Below, one piece after another: positions 9,320-19,018 of a stretch of 64,000 nucleotides of DNA. Origin of the DNA: Chromatiales bacterium (GTDB taxonomy: Bacteria; Pseudomonadota; Gammaproteobacteria; JAHELT01). Under the pieces are notes generated by a model. That model did no database searches. It was given only the letters and a program-made list of their open reading frames with translations, and was not told the origin of the DNA. Where the stretch lies: positions 2,224 to 66,223 of the forward strand of contig JAHELT010000006.1 in NCBI GenBank assembly GCA_024644045.1. Direction: 5' to 3'. The translations under genes were made by a program, and so were the position numbers. Every line of letters begins with the position of its first letter. Position 1 is the first letter of the stretch.

Positions 9320-10702
9320 CTAGGTTCGTTGCGCCAGGAACTCCACGACGTCGATCTTGCTGATGATACCGATGATGTCGCCCTCGTCCATGACCACCGC
9401 AACGTTGTTGGCGTCGAACACGTTCTGCACTTTGGTCAGCGGATCGTCCAGGTGGACTTCGCCTTCCATCGTTTTGGCAACGGCCATGGCCGAATCGTCC
9501 TTGGTACAGGTGCCCTGCACCAGACCCTGCAGAATGTCGAGTTCGTGAATCATCAGCGCCCGCTCGCCGTTTCCCTGCACCGGCATCTGCGAGATGCCCT
9601 GACGCGACATGCGCTGCGCGATATGGCCCAGCGTTTCTTCGGGCTCGGCGAACTCGACGGCGCCGTGCTTGAACTCCAGCACCTCCCTGACCGTTCCCAG
9701 GCGCTGGGCCGGGCCGATGTAGCCCATGTCCTTCATCCAGTCCTCGTTGTACAGCTTGCTCAGGTAGCGCACGCCCGTGTCGGGAATGATCACCACCACG
9801 ATCTTCCCGGGTCCGAGCCGGCGCGCCACCTGCAGCGCGCCGACGATCGCGGTTCCGGCCGAGCCGCCCGAGAAAATACCTTCTTCGCGCGCCAGCCGCC
9901 TCGCCATCAGAAAGGAATCGCGGTCGGAGACCAGCGTCACCTCGTCGATCACCGTAAAGTCCAGCGTGTCCACCATGAAGTCGTGGCCGATGCCTTCCAC
10001 GCGGTAGATGGACGGCTCACCCGACTCGCCCTTGTAGAACTCGTCGTGATAAATGCTGCCTTCGGGATCGGGGCAGGAAATGAACACCTCGCGCCCCGCT
10101 TCTGCCGCTTTCTCCTTGAGGTACTTGCCGGCTCCGGAGATCGTCCCGCCGGTGCCGATCCCACCCACCAGGCTGTCGATCTGCCCGTCGGTGTCCTCCC
10201 AGATCTCCGGACCGGTGGTCAGGTAGTGGGCTTCCGGGTTGGCCGGATTGGAGTACTGGTCAGTGTAGAAGCCACCCGGCGTCTCGCGCGCAATGCGCTT
10301 GGCCACTTCGACGTAGCTGTCCGGGTGATCGTGCGCCAGGTCGGTCCGGGTCACCACCACCTCGGCCCCGTAGGCCTTGAGCATGTCGATCTTTTCCTGG
10401 CTCATCTTGTCCGGCATCGTGCATACGCACTTGTAACCGCGCACCGCGCCCGCCATCGCCAGCCCGAGACCGGTGTTGCCCGAGGTGCTTTCGACCAGCG
10501 TCGCCCCGGGTTTCAGCAGGCCCTGCTCCTCGGCACGCCTGACCATATTGATCGCGATGCGGTCTTTGATCGACCCCGTGGGGTTCAGGGTGTCGAGCTT
10601 CGCGTAGACCTCGGCCATGCCCGGCTCGACCACCCGGTTGAGTTTCACCAGCGGCGTGTTGCCGACCAGGTCGAGCACGTTCTCGTAGTACTTCATCGCC
10701 AT
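9320..10702 (-). CDS. cystathionine beta-synthase-type PLP enzyme with tandem CBS domains
   Basis: It has the PLP lysine motif NPTGSIKDR and TSGNTGLGLA, plus a C-terminal pair of CBS-domain-like repeats. The start was set at MAMKYYENV (ATG 10702); the ORF track extends to 10735. Confidence 0.85.
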   Translation of the reverse strand: MAMKYYENVLDLVGNTPLVKLNRVVEPGMAEVYAKLDTLNPTGSIKDRIAINMVRRAEEQGLLKPGATLVESTSGNTGLGLAMAGAVRGYKCVCTMPDKMSQEKIDMLKAYGAEVVVTRTDLAHDHPDSYVEVAKRIARETPGGFYTDQYSNPANPEAHYLTTGPEIWEDTDGQIDSLVGGIGTGGTISGAGKYLKEKAAEAGREVFISCPDPEGSIYHDEFYKGESGEPSIYRVEGIGHDFMVDTLDFTVIDEVTLVSDRDSFLMARRLAREEGIFSGGSAGTAIVGALQVARRLGPGKIVVVIIPDTGVRYLSKLYNEDWMKDMGYIGPAQRLGTVREVLEFKHGAVEFAEPEETLGHIAQRMSRQGISQMPVQGNGERALMIHELDILQGLVQGTCTKDDSAMAVAKTMEGEVHLDDPLTKVQNVFDANNVAVVMDEGDIIGIISKIDVVEFLAQRT

Positions 10703-10899
10703 CAGTGCGTCACCCGCAAGAGCGGCGCGGAGCATTTCCGCGCCAGGTTACTGTCCGGAGCCGTGAAGCGCCTGCCCCGCGCCAGTCGCAGCGCACGCGC
10801 CCGACGCGTAATCTACACTCAACCGGGACAACCGACCAGCCGCGGCAGGCCCATTTTACGGTCACGGCAGCTCTGATACCGGAAACGCCGGCGGCGCCC

Positions 10900-12528
10900 T
10901 CACGCGTACTTTTCGCGCAACAGCTTCTTGTTCAGCTTGCCGACGCTGGTTTTCTCCAACGCCTCGACGAACAGCACGCGCTCCGGCACTGCCCAGGCAG
11001 CGATCTCCCCGCGATCGGCGTGTACACTGAAATGCGCTTTCACGCCGGCCTCGTCGAGCTCGGCGCCGTCGGCCGGCACGATCAACAACGCCGGGCGCTC
11101 GCCCCATTTGGCATCGGGCAGACCGATCGCGGCCACTTCGCTGACCCCGGGCAGCTGCGAGGCCAGGTCTTCCAGCTGCAGCGACGAGATCCACTCGCCG
11201 CCGGATTTGATGACGTCCTTGAGGCGATCGGTGACCTGCAGGTAGCCCTGCCCGTCCAGGTGCCCGATGTCGCCGGTGTGCAGCCAGCCGCCCTGCCACA
11301 GCTGCTCGGAGCGTTCCGGATCCTTGAAATACCCCTGCGTCAACCAGGGTGCACGTACCACCACCTCACCCTCGCCGTCGCTGTCGCGCAGCTGCTCGTC
11401 GACCACCCGCAGATCGACCAGTGGCAGCGGGCGGCCGGTCTTGATCCGCGTGTCGAGCTGCGTTTCCGCATCGGCGTTCAGCATGGCCCCGTCGAGATGC
11501 GCGAGGGCGAGCACCGGGCAGCTCTCGGACATCCCGTAGCCGGCATAGATGTCGATCCCCAGTGCCATGGCTTTTCGCGCCAGGCCGCGCGGCAGCGCCG
11601 AGCCGCCGATCACCACCTTCCAGCGGCTGAAATCGGTCTCCGCCGCCTGCGGCGCGTGCAACAGCATGTGCAGTATGGTCGGCACGCAGTGCGAAAAGGT
11701 GACGCCTTCGTCACGCAGCAGGGCCAGCAGAACGTCCGGTGTGTAACGGCCCGGATACACCTGCTTGACGCCCATCAGCGTGGCCACGTAAGGATATCCC
11801 CAGGCGTGCACGTGGAACATGGGCGTGATCGGCATGTAAACGTCGTCTCGATGAAAGCGACCGTGCCCGGCCACCACACCGGTGGCTGCCATCGATGCCA
11901 GTGTGTGCAGCACGATCTGACGGTGACTGTAGTACACGGCCTTCGGCAGACCCGTGGTCCCGGTGGTATAAAAGGTCGTGGCGCGCGTGTTCTCGTCGAA
12001 GTCGCTGAACGCGAAATCCACGCCCGCCGCTGCGAGCAGCGCTTCGTATTCGCCCTGCGTGCCTTCGGGGACGTCCGCCGGCACGGGGGCGTCCTGCAAC
12101 AGGACATAGCGCAGCGGCCGTTCCAGGCGCTGCTCGATCTCAGCAAGCAGCGGCAGAAAGTCGCTGTGCACCAGCAGCACATCGTCCTCGGCATGATTGA
12201 TGGTGTAGGCGATCTGCTCCGGCGACAGTCTCACGTTGATGGTGTGCAGAACGGCACCGAGCATGGGCACCGCAAAAAAGCACTCGAGGTACCGGTGGCT
12301 GTCCCAGTCCATGACCGCGACGGTTTCACCCTGTCTGACACCAAGGTTCCGCAACGCCCCTCCAAGCCGGTAAATCCGCTCGTGCAGGGTAGTGTAGGTG
12401 TAACGGTGCGACGTGCCGTGCACGATCTCGTGCTCCGGCGTGATCGCCAGCGGCGAGCGCAGCAAATGCCGGATCAGCAGCGGGTACGGGTAGGCCGACG
12501 GCGTGGAATCTATCAGCGAGTCGCGCAT
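10900..12528 (-). CDS. long-chain fatty-acid--CoA ligase (AMP-binding enzyme)
   Basis: It has the AMP-binding motif YTTGTTGLPKAV, plus TGDIGHLDGQGYLQVTDRLKDVIKSGGEWISS and the C-terminal KTSVGKLNKK. Confidence 0.9.
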   Translation of the reverse strand: MRDSLIDSTPSAYPYPLLIRHLLRSPLAITPEHEIVHGTSHRYTYTTLHERIYRLGGALRNLGVRQGETVAVMDWDSHRYLECFFAVPMLGAVLHTINVRLSPEQIAYTINHAEDDVLLVHSDFLPLLAEIEQRLERPLRYVLLQDAPVPADVPEGTQGEYEALLAAAGVDFAFSDFDENTRATTFYTTGTTGLPKAVYYSHRQIVLHTLASMAATGVVAGHGRFHRDDVYMPITPMFHVHAWGYPYVATLMGVKQVYPGRYTPDVLLALLRDEGVTFSHCVPTILHMLLHAPQAAETDFSRWKVVIGGSALPRGLARKAMALGIDIYAGYGMSESCPVLALAHLDGAMLNADAETQLDTRIKTGRPLPLVDLRVVDEQLRDSDGEGEVVVRAPWLTQGYFKDPERSEQLWQGGWLHTGDIGHLDGQGYLQVTDRLKDVIKSGGEWISSLQLEDLASQLPGVSEVAAIGLPDAKWGERPALLIVPADGAELDEAGVKAHFSVHADRGEIAAWAVPERVLFVEALEKTSVGKLNKKLLREKYA

Positions 12529-12703
12529 AGCAGAGTCCCTGCGGCGTAATGGTTATTCCGGCCAACCCGCGCGCTGCGTTCCGTTGCGGTCGGCCGGCGC
12601 AGAGCGGCGCTTGCACTCAGCGCCACGACGGGTAGCGCCGCGACAAACCCGGGTTGATCGGTCACCGGCCGTACGCGCGCATCTCCGGAGAACCACGGCA
12701 GGG

Positions 12704-14035
12704 TCAGGCGGCGGACTTGGTACGGTTCTCGCGAATCTTGCGCATCGCGATCGAGATGCTCTTGCGCATCCGCTCGAACGCGATCGCCAGATCCTTGATC
12801 TCGTCGTCCGATTTGACCTCGATGGTCTTCGAGGTGTCGCCTTTGCTCACGCGCTCCGCCAGTTCGCGTAATTTGAACAGCGGGACCGTGATCTTTCTGG
12901 ACATTACGTTGGCCAGCGCCATCGAGATGAGCGCCACGAACACCACGGCCGCGAGCAGCACCACGACGATGATCTGCTTGGAGGACTCGAGCCCCTGCTG
13001 CACGCTCGCCAGCCCCTGGATCGGGGCGAACGCGACGTTCGTGGGTTGCTCCACCAGCACGACCCAATCGAAGCCGCGGAAGTTCGGCACCAGATTGTCG
13101 TAGCTCGCCTGGCCGAGCTTGGCGTACCCGAGCACGCGCTGCTCGCCGAGCACGTAGCCCCTGTCGCCGCTGGCGAACGCCTCACGGATCGCGGCGTCCC
13201 CGGTGCTGCGCAGATTCACCGAGTCGTGCATGATCCGGTCGCGCGAGTGCTGCGAGGCGGTTTCGGCGAGCAGCAGGCCTTCACGCGTGGCAACCGTGAC
13301 CCGGCCGCCGTTGATTTCCGAGGCATGCGCGGTGGCCACCTCCTGAATCAGGCTCACGCCCAGCACCGCCTTCATCACGCCGAGCGGCGTATTCGTCGCC
13401 GAATCGTCGATCCGCACGGAAACATCGACCGACCAGATGCCTGCAGACTCGTCGAATTCCACGCTGCCGATATGCAGCCCGTTGTTCCAGGTCTGCCGCC
13501 ACCAGGTCTCGTCACGCTGCACGAAGTCCGAGGTCGGGTTCGTCAGCGCAACGTTAAAACCGTTCGCGTCGGTGAAAAACACCTCCCCGAAGTGGGGGGA
13601 CAACGCAATCTGCTGCTTGAGAAAACCGTTGGCTCTGGGAAACAGGTCGAGATTCTTCACCGTCTTGAACTGGGCCTCGACGTCGCCGATGGTCAAGCCC
13701 GCCAATCCGCGTTCGGCGTGCTCCAGCGCGGCGCCTTTCGCCGCGTCGACCACGGTGGGCGCTTTCGCCCAGACTATCGCATCGAGAATCCGCTCGCGCA
13801 TGAACACGTCGATCTGCTGCGCCAGGCGACGTGCCGTGGCCGACAGGTTCATTCCGACGACGTCGCGCGAGAGCTCGAGGCGGCTCTGCTCGAGGCGTTC
13901 GTCGGCCGTCTTGGTCAGTTCGGCAAGGCTCTGGTAGGCGATCAGACCGACGATGATCACCGGTACCAGCCCCACGACCAGCGTCTGCAGCGTCAGCTTG
14001 CCGTGCAGGCTCTTGGTGAAGGAGCGTTTGTTCAT
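12704..14035 (-). CDS. membrane sensor: large periplasmic (Cache-like) domain + HAMP domain, no recognisable output domain
   Basis: Two TM segments (LTLQTLVVGLVPVIIVGLIAY and IIVVVLLAAVVFVALISMALANV) flank about 300 aa. A HAMP-like segment follows (SRKITVPLFKLRELAERVSKGDTSKTIEVKSDDEIKDLAIAFERM), and the protein ends about 20 aa later. An AAGGGA RBS lies 8 nt upstream of the ATG. Confidence 0.8.
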   Translation of the reverse strand: MNKRSFTKSLHGKLTLQTLVVGLVPVIIVGLIAYQSLAELTKTADERLEQSRLELSRDVVGMNLSATARRLAQQIDVFMRERILDAIVWAKAPTVVDAAKGAALEHAERGLAGLTIGDVEAQFKTVKNLDLFPRANGFLKQQIALSPHFGEVFFTDANGFNVALTNPTSDFVQRDETWWRQTWNNGLHIGSVEFDESAGIWSVDVSVRIDDSATNTPLGVMKAVLGVSLIQEVATAHASEINGGRVTVATREGLLLAETASQHSRDRIMHDSVNLRSTGDAAIREAFASGDRGYVLGEQRVLGYAKLGQASYDNLVPNFRGFDWVVLVEQPTNVAFAPIQGLASVQQGLESSKQIIVVVLLAAVVFVALISMALANVMSRKITVPLFKLRELAERVSKGDTSKTIEVKSDDEIKDLAIAFERMRKSISIAMRKIRENRTKSAA

Positions 14036-14063
14036 GATAAATCCCTTTGCGGGAACCGCACGG

Positions 14064-14894
14064 CTACTTCGGTTCCAGGCGTTCGGCGATTCTGTTCCTG
14101 AACTGGTCGCTGAGCTTGACGTCGTCTATTTCGTCCGCCAGGGCATTGATGATCATGCCGATATCGGTGACGTTGTCGCCCACCGAGTGTTTTTCGAAGT
14201 ATTCGGCGCACAGCAGCGGTCCCATCGGACCGAGAAACTCGGCGGCTTCCGACTCGAGTACGTTGCGCAGTTTGTTGTACTCGGCGGAACCTTCCGGGAT
14301 GGCTGTGCGTGTCCCGGAAGTGGTCCCGCTCCGCGGCGTAGCCGACACCATGACCTGCTCGCGGAACGCCTGGGCCTCGTCGGGATCGTCGATCTCGCGG
14401 GCGACTGCGCGCAGCAGTTGCTCCACATCGTCCATGCCCGACAACATCCCGGCTCGCGCGAACTGCTCTTCGCTCACCAGCGCGCCGATCGGACCGAGGA
14501 TCGCGACCGCCGCGTCGATAACCGTTTTCTTGAGTTCCGCCGCGGATAGCCCGATCGGGCGTTGCAGGGTCTCTATGGCACCGCCGCCGAGCTGCTCCAG
14601 AATCTCCTCGGTGGTGGGCAGGTCGCCGACGTCTTCCCCGAGCAGCGCCTCGGCATCGAACCGGTAGGTGCACTGCGAAATGCTGCGCAGATGTAACAGG
14701 CCTTTGATGCCCCGCACGCCCCGGCACATGACAGAGACGATGTCGCCATGTCTGAACACGAAGCAACCCCAGTGGTTGTCGACCGTGCGCACGAACAACG
14801 TGCCCGTACTGCGTTGGCGCACGTGCAGAGCCACCTCCCGCTCGAGTTCGTCCCCGCTCTGCCAGGTAGGATCTGTTTCTGTTGCTACAACCAT
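14064..14894 (-). CDS. DUF4388 (PATAN-like) domain protein with duplicated C-terminal module
   Basis: The N-terminus (STGTLFVRTVDNHWGCFVFRHGDIVSVMCRGVRGIKGL) fits the DUF4388 pattern. Two ~70-aa internal repeats share ..LGPxGxLxxEexF....D.....ia.EIDD......F. Only 28 nt separate it from the downstream sensor gene. Confidence 0.75.
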   Translation of the reverse strand: MVVATETDPTWQSGDELEREVALHVRQRSTGTLFVRTVDNHWGCFVFRHGDIVSVMCRGVRGIKGLLHLRSISQCTYRFDAEALLGEDVGDLPTTEEILEQLGGGAIETLQRPIGLSAAELKKTVIDAAVAILGPIGALVSEEQFARAGMLSGMDDVEQLLRAVAREIDDPDEAQAFREQVMVSATPRSGTTSGTRTAIPEGSAEYNKLRNVLESEAAEFLGPMGPLLCAEYFEKHSVGDNVTDIGMIINALADEIDDVKLSDQFRNRIAERLEPK

Positions 14895-15438
14895 TTGAGC
14901 CAGGTATGTCCTGCCGGAGTTTGCCGCCTGGATGGTTGCTGTCCTAGCCTTGTCTCGCCTCTGTACCGCGCGCCCGAGTTGCGAACGTAGCGCAACTTCA
15001 TGTAATTATTCGAAATATTTAAGCTTGCCGTCGGTAGTTCCCTAGCCTCTCCGAGCGGCGCCTTGTCTCTCAATCGCCGGTCTGGTGAGACCATAGCTCA
15101 ACTGGTGGTGGCTTGTAAATTTGATCTGCCTAATGGATTCAGACACTTAACGTTACATGCCGGAAATATGCATGAACTCCAGCCGACGCAGACGTCACCG
15201 CTATCACCCACAGCGCCTGCGCGCCAACGCCCCCACCGGCCGGGCTGGTGGGATCGGTCATTCCCGGCGTTTCGCGCTGCGCCGAAGAAAACTTGGCGCG
15301 AGTCGAGCGGCGCCCCAGCCCGGCGTGCGGTTCCGCCCCACGGCATGCGAAGCTGGAAACTCCTTGATGCGACGACCACGAACCCTGTATTTTTCCGGGC
15401 TGCGTCGCAAAATTGCCCGCGAGACAGGTCGAAACCTG

Positions 15439-15963
15439 ATGCCCGAGAGCCCCTTCCCAAGTTCGTTCGACAAGGAGGATCTGCTCCGCTGCAGCCGCGG
15501 CGAGCTGTTCGGCACGGGCAACGCACAACTGCCGGCCCCCAACATGCTGATGATGGATCGCATCGTTCATATCAGCGCCGAAGGCGGCGCGCACGGGCGC
15601 GGCGAGATGGTCGCCGAGCTGGATATCGACCCCACGCTGTGGTTCTTCGCGTGCCATTTCCGCGGCGATCCGGTGATGCCGGGCTGCCTGGGCCTGGACG
15701 CGATGTGGCAACTGGTGGGGTTCTACCTCGGCTGGCGGGGGAACCCGGGCCGCGGCCGGGCGCTCGGCTGCGGCGAAGTGAAGTTCAGCGGCCAGATCCT
15801 GCCGGGTGCGCAGAAGGTCACGTACTACGTCGACGTCAAGCGCATGCTCACCCAGCGCCTGGTGCTGGGCATCGCCGACGGCCGTGTGCTGGTCGACGGC
15901 AAGCAGATCTACACTGCCAAAGACCTCAAGGTCGGCCTGTTCCAGTCCACGGAGGGATTCTGA
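15439..15963 (+). CDS. fabA: 3-hydroxydecanoyl-[ACP] dehydratase / trans-2-decenoyl-ACP isomerase
   Basis: 174 aa starting at [16 protein letters not shown]. The active-site region is [25 protein letters not shown]. The ORF-track extension to 15157 is an Arg-rich, non-homologous read-through. Confidence 0.9.
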   Translation: MPESPFPSSFDKEDLLRCSRGELFGTGNAQLPAPNMLMMDRIVHISAEGGAHGRGEMVAELDIDPTLWFFACHFRGDPVMPGCLGLDAMWQLVGFYLGWRGNPGRGRALGCGEVKFSGQILPGAQKVTYYVDVKRMLTQRLVLGIADGRVLVDGKQIYTAKDLKVGLFQSTEGF

Positions 15964-15970
15964 CCCGGCG

Positions 15971-16393
15971 TCACCCGCGACGCCTGTCCGCCGTCAGGCG
16001 ATCGCGCAGAAACAGCAGCCGGTGGCGGTAACGGCCGGGCATGTGGCTGCCGATGGCGCCGATCATCAGCACCGCGCTCAGCACCACCGTCGCGTAGGCG
16101 CCCGCCAGCGGCACCAGCAGTAGCAGCAGCAGCTTGCCTGCCACTATCACGCCGCGCACCTCCAGCAGCAGCGCGCAGCTGGCATGCAGGTCGGTGGCGA
16201 GCAGCAGGCCACCGGATACGACGGTCGCAATCCACCACAGCTCCAGCGCGTCGGCCGGTGCGGTAAACACATAACCGCCGAGCAGCACTCCGCCAGCCAG
16301 TATGTGCAGCGCACGCAACAAGGCACGCAGCGCGCGCCGCAGCGGGAAGTCGCGCGGCGGATCGGGGAACAGCCAGCCGTTACCCGCCGGCAT
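15971..16393 (-). CDS. small multi-pass membrane protein, unknown function
   Basis: 140-aa ORF with high GC3 and 3-4 hydrophobic helices (ILAGGVLLGGYVF, WWIATVVSGGLLLA, GKLLLLLLVPLAGAYATVVLSAVLMIGAIG). Confidence 0.5.
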   Translation of the reverse strand: MPAGNGWLFPDPPRDFPLRRALRALLRALHILAGGVLLGGYVFTAPADALELWWIATVVSGGLLLATDLHASCALLLEVRGVIVAGKLLLLLLVPLAGAYATVVLSAVLMIGAIGSHMPGRYRHRLLFLRDRLTADRRRG

Positions 16394-16628
16394 GCCGCAC
16401 TGACGATGCCTCGCGGCGGTTGTGCCGCACCGGCCTTGAGAATCGACCCATGAGCGCTGTGTTCCTTTGAACGCACTTGTACGGCATGCTCGCCGCGAGC
16501 GCGCAATTGTACATGCATCGACATCGGCTCGGCGGCGGGCGCCGCGGGGTCTCGCGGCGGGATCTGACGCTGCCGGCGGTCGATGTTATGCTAACCCGCT
16601 ATGAAGCAGCGGCCATCAGCGCCCGGCG

Positions 16629-17132
16629 ATGACTGACCGGGCGCCGCAAGCCCGGCGCCGGTTCCCCGGGGAAGCTCACGATCACGAGCGCTGTATTGCC
16701 GAGGCCATGGCTGAAGCGGCCGAGGTGTGCACCGCGCGCGGCGCGCGTTTGACCGCGCTGCGTTCGCGGGTGCTGGAAATCGTCTGGCGTAGCCACCGGC
16801 CGCTCGGCGCTTACGCGATCCTCGAAGTCCTCGCCGCCGACGGCCGTTCGCCCGCGCCGCCGACCGTTTACCGGGCGCTCGAGTTCCTCACCGAGCACGG
16901 GCTGGTGCACCGTCTCGCCTCGCTCAACGCGTTCATCGGCTGCAGCCAGCCCGGGCACCCGGGCACCGGGCAGTTCCTGCTGTGCCGGTGCTGCGGTACC
17001 GCTGCGGAACTCGACGATCCGCGCATCCGCAGCGCCATCCAGCGCACCGCGGTGGCCGAAGGCTTTGAGATCCAGGAGCACACCGTCGAGGTCAGCGGTC
17101 TTTGCCCGAACTGCCAGCGCGCCGGCCGCTAG
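16629..17132 (+). CDS. zur: Fur-family zinc uptake regulator
   Basis: It has a winged-helix region (YRALEFLTEHGLVHR) and Cys pairs CRCCG and CPNCQ. It lies directly upstream of znuCB, and a Zur-box-like site follows. Confidence 0.85.
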   Translation: MTDRAPQARRRFPGEAHDHERCIAEAMAEAAEVCTARGARLTALRSRVLEIVWRSHRPLGAYAILEVLAADGRSPAPPTVYRALEFLTEHGLVHRLASLNAFIGCSQPGHPGTGQFLLCRCCGTAAELDDPRIRSAIQRTAVAEGFEIQEHTVEVSGLCPNCQRAGR

Positions 17133-17163
17133 CGCGCCGGTGCGGGCCTTCCCAGTTCGGTTT

Positions 17164-17186
17164 ATAATTTTATAACATAACATTTC
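17164..17186. promoter_or_regulatory. Zur box candidate
   Basis: ataattttataacataacatttc matches 18 of 22 defined positions of the gammaproteobacterial Zur consensus GAAATGTTATANTATAACATTTC. It sits in an AT-rich island between zur and znuC. Confidence 0.55.
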
Positions 17187-17346
17187 TGGCACACTGCCAT
17201 CGGAGTCGCCACCTGGACGTCCGGGACTCAGCCGAAGTCGACTACGCGCCCCGCTCCCTGCTGGGGCAAAGCGCCGTAATGCGGCTGGGCATGGTGGCTG
17301 CACTGCTGGCACTGCTCTGGGCGAGCGTTTTCTGGGCGCTGCACTG

Positions 17347-18135
17347 ATGATCCCCGCCCAACCGGCGGCGGCTGCCGCGCTAACCGAGGTTGCGCTGGAG
17401 TTCGTTGACCTTACCCTCGGCTACGACAGTCATCCGGCCGTGCATCACCTCCAGGCGAGGATTGCGCAGGGCGCGCTGGTTGCCGTGGTGGGGCCGAACG
17501 GTGCCGGTAAATCGACCCTGCTGAAGGGCGTGGCCGGGGCCCTGTCGCCGCTCGCCGGCGAGATCCGTGTGCACGGGTGCGCCCGCAGCGACTTCGCTTA
17601 TCTGCCGCAGATCGTCGAGATCGACCGCGGCTTTCCCATCTCGGTGTTCGATCTGGTGAGCTTCGGGCTGTGGCGCGAGACCGGCTCGCTCGGGGGAGTG
17701 AGTCGGGCGCAGCGCAAGCGCATCAACGCGGCGCTCGATGCGGTGGGGCTGGGCCAGTTTGCGCGGCGCACCATCGGGTCACTGTCCGGCGGGCAGCTGC
17801 AGCGCGCGCTCTTCGCGCGGGTCGGGCTGCGCGACTCGCCGGTGATTCTGCTGGATGAGCCGCTGACCTCCGTCGACGCGGATACCGCGCGAGATCTGCT
17901 CGGCGTGATCCGGCAGTGGCACGACGAGCAACGCACCGTGCTCGCGGTGCTGCACGACCTCGAGCAGGTGCGGCAGCATTTTCCGGAAACGCTGCTGCTG
18001 TCGCGAGAGCTGATCGCCTTCGGTCCCACGCACGAAGCGCTGCAGCCCGCCAACATGCTGCGCGCCCGGCAACTCAACGAAGCGTTCGACGAGCACGCGC
18101 ATGCCTGCCACCGACGGACCTCGGAAGCCGCGTGA
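17347..18135 (+). CDS. znuC: zinc ABC transporter ATP-binding protein
   Basis: Walker A is GPNGAGKST, the signature is LSGGQLQR and Walker B is ILLDEP. Context is zur upstream and znuB downstream. Confidence 0.85.
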   Translation: MIPAQPAAAAALTEVALEFVDLTLGYDSHPAVHHLQARIAQGALVAVVGPNGAGKSTLLKGVAGALSPLAGEIRVHGCARSDFAYLPQIVEIDRGFPISVFDLVSFGLWRETGSLGGVSRAQRKRINAALDAVGLGQFARRTIGSLSGGQLQRALFARVGLRDSPVILLDEPLTSVDADTARDLLGVIRQWHDEQRTVLAVLHDLEQVRQHFPETLLLSRELIAFGPTHEALQPANMLRARQLNEAFDEHAHACHRRTSEAA

Positions 18136-19001
18136 TTGGCGAGCTTCTGTTCGCGCCGTTCATCGAATTCTCCTTCATGCGGCGGGCGCTGGTCGGCTGC
18201 CTGGCGCTGTCGCTGAGCGCGACGCCGGTGGGGGTGTTCCTGATGCTGCGGCGGATGAGCCTGACCGGCGACGCCATGGCGCATGCGATCCTGCCGGGCG
18301 CGGCTGTCGGCTTTCTGTTCGCCGGCCTGTCGTTACCGGCAATGACCCTGGGCGGCGCCGCGGCCGGGCTGGCGGTGGCAGTCGTATCAGGGTTCGTCGC
18401 GCGCAGCACGGTGCTGCGTGAAGACGCGAGCCTCGCCGCGTTCTATCTGATATCGCTGGCGCTGGGCGTGCTCATCGTGTCCACCCGAGGCACCAACGTC
18501 GATCTCATGCACCTGCTGTTCGGCACCGTGCTCGCGCTCAACGACGACGCGATCCTGCTGCTTGCCGGCATCGCCTCGGCTACCCTGATCGCGCTGGCGG
18601 CACTGTACAGAGCGTTGGTTCTGGAGTGCCTGGAGCCGACTTTCCTGCGCTCGGTGAGCCGCCTCAGCCCGGTCGCGCATCACGCGTTCCTGCTGCTCGT
18701 GGTGTTGAACCTGGTGGGTGGATTTCACGCGCTCGGCACACTGATGTCGATCGGGGTCATGATCCTGCCGGCGGCCGGTGCGCGGTTCTGGGCCCGCGAC
18801 ATCAATACCCTGATCGCCGTCGCGGTCGGGCTGGGCCTGGCCGGCGGCTGGGCGGGGCTGCTGCTCTCCTACCATGCCGATCTGCCTTCCGGGCCCTGCA
18901 TCGTGCTCAGTCTCGGGGGCTTTTACGTGATCTCTCTGCTCATCGGGCGGGAAGGCCTGCTGACCGCCTGGTATCGATCGACGCGCCATCTCGAGGCGTG
19001 A
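18132..19001 (+). CDS. znuB: zinc ABC transporter permease
   Basis: The polytopic membrane protein starts at VIGELLFAPFIEFSFMRRAL. GTG at 18132 overlaps the znuC stop (GTGA). The ORF-track start at 17916 lies inside znuC. Confidence 0.85.
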   Translation: MIGELLFAPFIEFSFMRRALVGCLALSLSATPVGVFLMLRRMSLTGDAMAHAILPGAAVGFLFAGLSLPAMTLGGAAAGLAVAVVSGFVARSTVLREDASLAAFYLISLALGVLIVSTRGTNVDLMHLLFGTVLALNDDAILLLAGIASATLIALAALYRALVLECLEPTFLRSVSRLSPVAHHAFLLLVVLNLVGGFHALGTLMSIGVMILPAAGARFWARDINTLIAVAVGLGLAGGWAGLLLSYHADLPSGPCIVLSLGGFYVISLLIGREGLLTAWYRSTRHLEA

Positions 19002-19018
19002 CCGGGCGCGCGGCCGGC

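Noticed and set aside
10736-10899. 164-nt spacer upstream of the cystathionine beta-synthase-type gene, checked for a SAM/SAH-type riboswitch
   Set aside because: I could not recognise the conserved cores of the SAM-I, SAM-II or SAH riboswitches by eye. A cmscan against Rfam would be needed to exclude one.
15040-15120. atagctcaactggtggtgg, which resembles a tRNA D-arm
   Set aside because: No T-arm (GGTTCRANYC) or acceptor stem lies within 90 nt on either side, so it is not a tRNA.
15157-15438. 94-codon upstream extension of the fabA ORF
   Set aside because: FabA proteins are about 170 aa, and the extension (..[17 protein letters not shown]..) is non-homologous read-through. The same logic was used to trim the ORFs at 33015, 36726, 46973, 53693, 57385 and 58227.
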